Both the position numbers and the translations under genes were made by a program. DNA of 49,236 bases, filler included, from Streblomastix strix (taxonomy: Eukaryota), in the NCBI GenBank assembly GCA_008636045.1. It is 2 parts of 2 records of this genome, joined end to end, with 100 filler letters (N's around TTAATTAATTAA, not from the genome) between each part and the next. Parts side by side here need not be neighbours in the genome. Positions count along the whole stretch, not along the records: positions 24,672 to 49,236 come from SNRW01000228.1; 1 more part is not named here. The stretch is one strand, 5' to 3'. Below the pieces are notes generated by a model. The model saw nothing but the letters and a program-made list of their open reading frames with translations. It did not search any database and was not told where the DNA came from. Positions 40,450-49,236 of this stretch are shown here, one piece after another. The number at the start of each line of letters is the position of its first letter. Position 1 is the stretch's first letter.

Positions 40450-42250
40450 TTACTACAAATTAAACGACTCAAAGAAATCAGTCATAACTTGATCAATAAA
40501 AAAATATAGATTCATATATATTAGCTTATAATTATTTGTATTAATTTTATAATACAGATAATACTATATTATCAAAGGTAGATATGAAGAAATTATTGTA
40601 TAAAGATTCAGAGAAAAGAGTTCTTGAAATTGGATATTATTATACTACTTACTTAACAACTGAAGATTATAATAAATTTTAGGATAAATATAAGACTTGG
40701 ACTGAGGAAGAAAATCCAGATTTCTATAAATTTATCATTGCATAGGAGTAAAATGAATAATAAATTGCTTAAGCAAGATATGGAAGAATTAAAGAAAAAC
40801 CACAAATTTAAGTCTAATAACCTATTAAGATTGATGAGCCAATTTTATTGGAATAGATATAAATTTAATCTTTGATAATTAATCCAAAAGCTAAAAAACA
40901 AACCTATTCAGTTAGTTTTATTAATGAATTTAATATATTTACGTAATAAATAATAGATATAGTTAGTGAATAGGAGTGATTCAATTTAGATAATGACATA
41001 AATCCAAACACAAAAATAAATGCAATGCTTTAATATGAAAATATTAATTCAAAACAATCATTTTATAACAGTAATCTAAATCATAAATTCAATAAAAAAC
41101 AGTTCAAAGTATATGATTAAATAGCATAAACTATTAACATTGTAGACCAATCTCTTAGATAATTGTATGACTAATATTTCTTGTAGTATACTGAGAGAGA
41201 CATATAGAAAATTTATGCATTATAACATAAACCAAAGAAATTAAAAAACTCAAAGAAAGATTAATTATATTAAGAAATAACATAAAAACAATTCCCTTTC
41301 AAATCAAAGTATGATGTTATCCGTAAAGCTAATTACTATGATATATTATCCCACTAAACTAAGTACTAATTTGATATATATCCTAAGACTAATATTCTAG
41401 AACCACATGACAATTAACTAAAATTACTTCCTAAATTTAAAAGACCATACTTCTCACCTAATCATAATTCTTGGTAAATAGATTTAAGTATTCTTAATGA
41501 AAAAAATAAGAAATAAAACAGTATCTATTCGTTATTAATGTAAACACTAAATATTTGATAGTAGTACCGGTGAAATCCAAATATTAAATTCCAATCTTTG
41601 ATGCTTTAAAATAGCTTATATCACTTGTTTAGATTGATGATATCAGAGGTGATGGTGAGAAATCTTATGCTTTAAAATTACAAAATGAATTCTATAAACA
41701 AAATAATATAAACACATTCTTCACAGGCAACAAATTTACTAATTATAATAGAGTAATTGATAGAGTTATTCGAACAAAAAGATACGCATTCCATAATAAC
41801 ATTTATGAACTTGTTATTGAATAATTAATGTAATAAACTGTTGACTTATATAATCATACACTGCGTATTGTTTATAAAAATAAGTAGTCCAATATAAGTT
41901 TAGAATTATAAGTGAATAGAAGAATAATACGTCTATTACTAATAATTATAATTAAATGATACATTAAGATTACAAAATTAAAACGGTCTAAAGAAGTGTG
42001 AAAAAGGTAATATTTTACTATTGCACATTGACACCGCAAAGACAAAACATTAATTTGATAAAATTAGATGTAATTTCAATAGTATAGGCATATTTATGGA
42101 ATATGTTAATGGTAACGTTAAAGTTGAGTTATTGAATCCATATAGTGATTTATAAACAGTAATATTACCAATATTCCTTACAAAATTAGTGGCAAAAAAT
42201 ATAATTCTTTAAGATAATGAATATAAATAATACTTTAGATTAAAATTGTG
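40450..42250 (+). pseudogene. Retroviral-type (rve) integrase with a long N-terminal extension
   Basis: RPYFSP..SWQID (D at 41481), YLFVINVNTKY, IRGDGE (D at 41651), NRVIDRVIRT (D at 41759), LYNHT. In-frame TGA near 40977 and frameshifts. Confidence 0.85.
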
Positions 42251-42279
42251 AAATTATTTTTTTTATTAATATTAAAATC

Positions 42280-42600
42280 GAAATAACAATCGAAACTAAA
42301 ATCATTGAAGCTGAAAGTGTATAAGTTGACAAATAAATTGAAAAGAGATTAGTTGGAAGACCAAAGAAATACTTTAATGATGATGATAGAAAGCATGCAA
42401 TTCGTAAACAATAGTTAGAAACAAAGAGAAGATACGCATAAAAGAATGTCTAGATTTACAGTAGAAAAAACATTGTGCAAAAATTGTTAATGAAAATATT
42501 ATCCGATCATAATTTTAAAGAAGATGAAATGAGTTTTATGTTAGAATAGTTATAAACTGATATAGAATAAAAGATCATACAGAAGAATAATTGACTTAAA
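42280..42600 (+). pseudogene. Small basic, probably DNA-binding protein
   Basis: KRLVGRPKKYFNDDDRKHAIRKQQLETKRRY (AT-hook-like GRP). The start codon appears degraded. Confidence 0.45.
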
Positions 42601-42622
42601 TTTATTTTTTATCTAACTGAAA

Positions 42623-42796
42623 ATGATATTTGAAATCATTGCTAGTACATTATTAATAATCATAACATTAGTTGAGATAGCTAATCTGTTTTTGATAGCC
42701 AATGCATTTGATGTAATAAATGAACTTGTAAAAGGTGAAGAAAGAGATACTCATAAAATTGATTACTCTGAAGAGTATTTATCAATATTTAATTGA
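42623..42796 (+). CDS. Small single-TM protein (57 aa)
   Basis: MIFEIIASTLLIIITLVEIANLFLIANAF...YLSIFN then TGA. Confidence 0.55.
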   Translation: MIFEIIASTLLIIITLVEIANLFLIANAFDVINELVKGEERDTHKIDYSEEYLSIFN

Positions 42797-42828
42797 GAAT
42801 ATATGATATTTATTTTTGTAAAGACAAA

Positions 42829-43403
42829 ATGGCATAAATTTTTCTCCAAGATCATCATAGACATCAATCCCTACAATTATAGAAGAATGTTCACCATTTG
42901 AAAAGAACTAATAAACATCTATTGATTCTCCATAGCAATCCAGAAGAAGAAGTTCTATATTTGAAAATGAATTAACAGTGGATTCATCTGTATGTAAATG
43001 GTTATAGGATATAATTTGTGAAGATGAATATAAGCTAAAAGAGTCAGCTCATTTCATTTTATCTGAAACTTAACTTATTCGAGTTGGTGCATATACATTT
43101 GATGTTAATGAATAATAAGTGTAACTGAATGAAGATATTAGCGCATGCTGCACTAGGTTCATGAATGATGATACTATAACATTAACTGATATTCGTATTG
43201 GAAATGTAAATATTCACGCATTAAATGAAAATAATGTTAATCTTTTAAGAGATACTTATAAGTTATTTTTGTAAAAAAGTAAGAAAAATAACATCTACTT
43301 TAGACTTAAGCGAGATATCATCATGAGTAATGTAAGCAGTGTCATAGGAATTATTAGCAGTTCTAAATAAAATTTGACTTGCATTTAAGTTGTTTATTTT
43401 TGA
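42829..43403 (+). pseudogene. Hypothetical element protein
   Basis: After an early frameshift, FSPRSSQTSIPTIIEE...WLQDIICEDEY... stays open to the TGA near 43401. Confidence 0.45.
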
Positions 43404-43407
43404 ATGA

Positions 43408-46310
43408 ATGCCATAAAGTAAGGCACATGTTACGGATGCTATTTAAACTTATGATGAAACATTATTTGAAAATAGTAGATATAATAAGGTAGGATTAGTA
43501 GAAAAAGTTCAAAACATTAATTAACAAATCACTATTTTATAAAACTTACTACAATAATATGACCAAGAATTGTTGGATTAAATGCTATTATTGAAAGCTG
43601 ATAAATCTGAACTAATTGATTCATATTCCAAGGTTGAAGATGATGATTTATTAGCTCTGAAAATTAATGTTGCAGATATAATTGATTCGTATTCCAAGAT
43701 AGATGATGGAGCACTCTTATTGCTGAAAGCTAATGTTGCTGATATAATTGATTCGTATTTCAAGACAGAAGATGATGCTCTTCTATTATTGAAAGCTAAT
43801 GTAGCTGATATTGTGGATAGTTATTCCAAGAAAGAAGATGATGTACTCTTATTATTGAAAGCAGATAAGATATAATTGATAGATTCACATAGCAAAAGTG
43901 AAACTTATACCAGAGACGAAGTCTGTACTAAATCTGACGATGACGCTCTCTTACTATTGAAAGCTGATAAATCTGAGCTTATTGTAAGTTATTTCAAGAC
44001 TGAAACAGAAACTCTACTCGATGCTTAAGCTGATAAAACTTTTTTGGCTAATTATGTCGATTTAACTTCTGCTTAAACAATATCAGGATAAAATAATTCG
44101 GAATAATAAGTGTTTCAAGCATATCTAAATAGAGCAAAAATGATTCTTTCATATTGCTTGTTGGTGGAGGAGATATGTTAGTAAATTCGTTAGTAACTTA
44201 ACCATAATTATAGGAAGTTAGAGATATTGCTACTGGAAAATCAAAAGCATAGGTGTTCACAACATAAAAAGAGTTGAATGATTTGATGGCTATTCAAGAC
44301 AACGTTGCGAAACTGGTGATTGGAGATAATTTATATATTGTTGATAAAGAGTTAATTGATTATTGGTGAGATGAAACTGACTTAAAAATACTAGAAACTG
44401 AATTACCTGATATAACTAACGTCATTACAACTCTTGGTACAGCAACTGGAAGTGATAATACAACAACTTATTTATCAATTGATGGAAATATATTAACACC
44501 TGCAAAAAATATTTTGTTTATAACTACATGATTTAATCAATCTATTACTAAAATGAAGACATTTACAAGTACTATTATTTCTAATGGTACTTAATATTCA
44601 GGATACAATAACAACTCTGTATTTCTTGCTGGAGGTGGAGTTAGATCAATTGCAGATATTTATAGTGCATCATACACTAAATCTGAAGATGGTGATTTGT
44701 TGCCACTGAATGCAGATAAGACCTAATTGATTGATTCTTATAGCAAAAGCGAGACTTTTGCCAAAGACGAAATCTATACAAAAACTGAATCAAATAATCT
44801 TTTAAATAATAAGTCTGATAAGGGAGTTTCTTATACAAAAAGTGAAAATGATGCACTACTATTATTGAAAGCAGATAAAATTTAATTAATTAATGCGTAC
44901 TCTAATTCTGAAGATGATGCACTCCTATTATTGAAAGTAGATAAGACCCAATTGATTAATTCTTCTGCTAAATCAGAAGATGATGCACTCTTATTATTGA
45001 AAGCAGATAAGACCTAATTGATTGATTTTTATAACAAAATCGAGTCTTTTGCCAGAGACGAAATCTATACAAAAACTGAAACAAATAATCTGTTAAATAA
45101 TAAATCAAATTCAGGAGTTTCGTATACGAAAGATGATGATGACGCATTATTACTTGCAAAAGCTGATAAGACATAATTGATTGATTCATGTACTAAATTT
45201 GAAACAAATAATCTATTAAATAATAAGACTGATACTGGAATTTTCTATACGTAAGGTGAAGATGATACATTCCTATTACCGAAAGCATACAAGACATAAT
45301 TGATTGATTCATATACAAAAACTGAAACAAATAATTTTTTAAATGATAAAGCAAATTAGTCAACAACATATACAAAAACAGAAACCGATAATTTTGTTGC
45401 ACAGATTGAAATAGATGATGTTGATATGAGTAATTATTACAATAAAACTGAAACAGATGAATTATTAGGTGAGAAAGCAGATACAATCGAACTATCTAAA
45501 TATATGACTTTAGGTATTTCTTAGATAATAACAGCAAATAAGACATTCAATAATAGTTGCAGATTCGTAAGTTCCATTGATGGAATGTCGACAGTTACTG
45601 GTTCATCATTTATCAAATATGGTGTTAATAATATTGATGTTTTACTTGGAGCTGGTGATACAAAACCAGTATCTGAATTTGGTGGAACAATTGATGATTC
45701 AAATTATGTGAAAAAAACAGGATAAAATCTTTAATTAATTCATGGATATTTACGAAGAGATGATGATGAAATGTCGGAGCTTTCATTATGAAATGGAGAT
45801 TATTTGACAAGAGCTGATATGAATGATCAATTTATAAGTAGAAATGATAATTTAACTATTTATGGATCTAAGACATTTACTAATAATGTTAATGCCACTG
45901 GCTTTGTGAAAGCAGGCAAAGATGACACATCAGTTCTTCTAGTTTGTGGTGGAGATAGATTATTATCATCATTTGGTGGGATTGAAGATTTGACATCAGC
46001 TGCATTTAGTGGTACTAATAGTGCATTAATATAAAATAAATTTATTTGAATTGGAAATCAAGATATATTTTCATTACTTGCTAATGGAGGAAATAATAAT
46101 GCAGGAATATTTAATCCAGATTACTTAGGTTAGGATGATACGGCTGTTATAACATATATCACATTTCCGAATCACACTGTTGATAAAAGGCGTTATGCTT
46201 CGATTACTCATTCAATTGGACTTATTACCGTAAAATCAACAACAAATACAAATATTTAATGTGCATCAGCAACATGGGTTAAAAAAATTGAACACAAAAA
46301 AAATTGATTT
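43408..46310 (+). pseudogene. Repeat-rich fibre-like protein B
   Basis: 20-aa repeats LLLLKADK..LIDSYSK.EDDA and YTKTETNNLLNNK; TISGQK.F / TIYGSKTF and S.LL.GGGD units typical of fibre shafts; several frameshifts. Confidence 0.7.
43570..45490 (+). repeat. Two arrays of about 60-bp coding repeats (43570-44040 and 44670-45490)
   Basis: Recurrent GATGATGC.CT.TTATTATTGAAAGC.GATAA...AATTGATTGATTC. Confidence 0.9.
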
Positions 46311-46388
46311 TGACATCATTCCAGCATATGTTCAATTCGTTTATCTAAAAAGTTAAGCATCTAAAGATGATTATTTTTGAACTATAAA

Positions 46389-48006
46389 ATGAGCAATAAA
46401 TACATTGATGAAGCATTACATGATGCAGCTTGTCTATCAGAATTCCAAGAATTATATGCTTATATTCATGAGCGTGAATCTAAACTACTTGTTGAAGGAA
46501 TAGCTAATCAAATCATTGTTGAACCATAATTTCTTCAAGATTATATGAAAGATAATGACGATAAATTAGATGTTAAACCTCCACCTCCGACACCAATGAC
46601 ACCAATATCTGCTGTTGCGGAGGTGATAACAATACCATTATATGCACTGTTACACAACCCTTTCTTTCATATAATATCAATGATGGAGGGATTAAATTCC
46701 TTAAATTAAGAAATAAAGTAGTATGTAATATTGGACTGCATCTTAGGGAGGGTTTTATGGGGTTTGTGATCACTAGTTTTCCTGAAGAATTGTGGCCATT
46801 TTGCAAACATGCATTAGTGTTAGGAGATGACGGTGATCATAAACAAAATATTATTGGTTAAATTAGTGAAAAAGGATTTTATATAGGATCATCAATTGGA
46901 AGTGTTGATCAAATCACATCAATTAAAGGAAATACTCATATTGCTGTTGCAGGTGTTTACTATACAGATTATGAACTTTTAAAGAGAACAGTTAGTGATG
47001 TAAATGGAGATGGAAAGATAAACATTGTAGATGACTAATATGTCAATTCTATTATTGATGGAATGAAATCAATGTTATGGGTATAAGATATTGTGTAAAA
47101 ATAGAGAGAAATGATTTGTGATGGTGAATAGCCGTATGATCAAAGTTAGACTGTTTTATTATCTAATTATTTCAATTACAATACTAAATTGGTGAATAAT
47201 AATACATTTTGTCCACTTAGGGCTGTATATTTTGTTAAATATGGGCCAATATATACATTTAATTTCTAAGTTGAATTTAATAATTAACATGTAAGTAATA
47301 TATTCAAAGTATTTTAAACAATAGATTCTGATTTATAACCTAGATTAACTAAATTCTACCCAATATAGACATCCTATACCTTATTCGTTGGTATGTTATA
47401 GGTTAATGGAAATGACACATCAGACGTTGTTGTGAATTAAGGATTTGGATATTATCCTACGGATTTATGTGACTTTAGTGGAAGTTATTTAATTGATCCA
47501 CATCTATAAGAATCAAATTGGAATAACATAACATCAAATTGACAACATACATCTCATATAGATAGTGTTATTATGTAACACGATGCCCTTACTTCAATTC
47601 CAATTCCACCATCAGTATTTCCATAATATACAGTAGCAGAAGTGTTAAGAGATTAAATACTTGCATTGCTTATTCTCCATATGACTTAGATGCATTTAAG
47701 ATTTATATATGTGATGAAACTGTTAATAAATTAGTCATGTTCAATATGTATTTGAGATAGAAAGGGTTTATTGAAACTAAACAGTATGTATTTAGTATGA
47801 GTGAGTCAATAGATCCAAAAAGAACATTATTGTTTCTTGTTTTGATTTTATATGATTTCAACACTGATCCAATACAAGATATTCCATCTGCTTATCTCAC
47901 AGTTGCTGATACAGATAAATTTGTTCGCTGGCATATTCATATATCATCAGAATTAAAAACTGATAAGTTTATTTATTATTATATTAGAGGAAGTTACTTT
48001 GTTTGA
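46389..48006 (+). pseudogene. Multi-domain structural protein: three beta-rich head-like domains and a dockerin/EF-hand-like loop
   Basis: Domains end in AGVYY, FSGSYL and IRGSYFV; SDVNGDGKINIVD at 46994-47032; Pro-rich linker; frameshifts. Confidence 0.5.
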
Positions 48007-48099
48007 CAAAGCAGACAATGAAATTGTTCATTTCATATGAGCATAATACGAATCAGCATCTAAAGATGTTAATTTTTGCAATTGAAATTGCTGGAATCT

Positions 48100-48550
48100 T
48101 TCATAAAATAAAATAGATAGCGCAAAAATTTGGATAAGGAGCTAACTGGGCTAGTTAACACATATATATGCCCTTAAAACCATATATCGATGCCCTTGCT
48201 CCACCTATAGTAAGTAAAAATTTATAAGCTGCGTCAAGTGGTTTAGATGTAATATATGCAAATAATGCTTAAGACAGAATAATGAACTTGGCTAATTTTA
48301 GAAATGATGTAGGTGTTTTCATTGAAGAACTTAGAGTAAGATAGTCAATTGAAAATAATAGATACATAAGACTTCATCCGAATGTCTCAAGAAATATAAA
48401 TAGAGCTATGGGAACTCATATCACAATTCCAAGTAATTAAACTGTAAACGGAACACAATATAATGCAAGTTCTCCAAACAGTAATCAAGCAGTTGGTGAA
48501 GAAGATTTTTAAAAATAATTCGTTTCAAAGTTTAACTTACTGCATATGAT
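48100..48550 (+). pseudogene. Hypothetical element protein
   Basis: ...MNLANFRNDVGVFIEELRVRQSIENNRYIRLHPNVSRN...; degraded. Confidence 0.35.
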
Positions 48551-48599
48551 TATTTTATTTTTGCTTCAAATAAAATACGAATCGCTTTCTTATTAAATC

Positions 48600-49236
48600 A
48601 ATGCATTTGCAATGACTCAGAACTATCAAAGCAACATTATAAAGTAATTCTGTTGATGCATTTAGAAATGATGGAGAACTCCATTATTCAATCAAAGAAA
48701 TAAACCCTGAGAGTTAAATGCCTGCACTATTTGATAAGGAAATTTTAATTAGCTTGTCTGATTCAGATCACGATGTAACATAAATTCAGAATTCATTCCT
48801 TTCAATAGTACTTACAGCTAATGTATAGTTTGACAGCAAATTTGAAGGATTTGAAGAATCTAATAAAGATGGAACTGTATTGTTCATTGGATTTAAATTA
48901 GCTAGTTAAGTTATAAGAGAATACACTATTTATCATAGAGAAAGAACCATTGATGGAACATTGTAGAATAATTCAACTACAGAATAATTTATCTATAACA
49001 CTATTAAACCAAAAAGTGAAAAAAAATAATAGAAAACAATTTCATTCATTGTATGAAAATATACACAAATATGAAACATCAGCTTGTGGAACTTATGTAA
49101 TAATAAGATAGATAGAAGAAGCTATTAAAGATTAGGTTTCTGTTCCATACACTATGCCTATAAGATTTAGATTATCAATTACATTAGATGATATCCTTAT
49201 ATTTAGTGGATTTTCTGACTATCATAATTCACTATT
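48600..49236 (+). pseudogene. Putative major capsid protein, type B, N-terminal part
   Basis: SIKEINPESQMPALFDKEILISLSD..HDVTQIQNSFLSIVLTANVQF...LFIGFK..SQVIREYTIYH..RTI...FRLSITLDD. The strand pattern resembles a first jelly-roll, and the gene sits in a Polinton-like element. Confidence 0.55.

Larger units (their letters stand above)
33990..49236 (+). mobile_element. Polinton/Maverick-like element block B, decayed, continuing past the window end
   Basis: Co-oriented, intronless pPolB, HNH nuclease, rve integrase, fibre and capsid candidate. Confidence 0.88.

Noticed and set aside
43570..45490. Regularly spaced repeats resembling a CRISPR array
   Set aside because: The units are degenerate, about 60 bp, frame-preserving and coding, with no unique spacers or cas genes, in a eukaryotic context.
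8748..47543. In-frame TGA as Trp, selenocysteine or readthrough
   Set aside because: These TGAs occur in mobile-element genes that also carry frameshifts, and they sit in varied contexts. Host genes use TGA as the terminator.
2438..48006. Most short ORFs in the supplied track (e.g. 2438-2626, 14016-14261, 39631-40080, 45193-45486)
   Set aside because: They are antisense or off-frame shadows of table-6 genes, or fragments cut at TAA/TAG codons that are really Gln.

Overview
This is very AT-rich eukaryotic protist DNA with GT-AG introns that reads TAA/TAG as Gln (translation table 6) and uses TGA as the only stop, so the supplied ORF track is fragmented. The code, intron sizes and gene families suggest an oxymonad such as Streblomastix (inference). 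An artificial 100-bp linker at 24572-24671 joins two pieces that may be unlinked. The left piece holds intron-containing host genes (RRM+ARM, beta-helix surface proteins, SPRY-like), nested DNA-transposon remnants, a decayed hAT transposase, and a truncated glutamyl-tRNA synthetase fused in frame to a DIRS retrotransposon fragment. The right piece holds one host ARM-like gene and then about 22 kb of decayed, intronless Polinton/Maverick-like endogenous virus sequence in two blocks. Block A has a putative penton, capsid, amphipathic peptide, fibre and packaging ATPase. Block B has a pPolB split by a Tc1/mariner-type insert, an HNH nuclease, a D,D(35)D integrase, a repeat fibre, a multi-head protein with a dockerin-like loop and a second, different capsid candidate. 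All translations were done by eye; boundaries of decayed genes are approximate.
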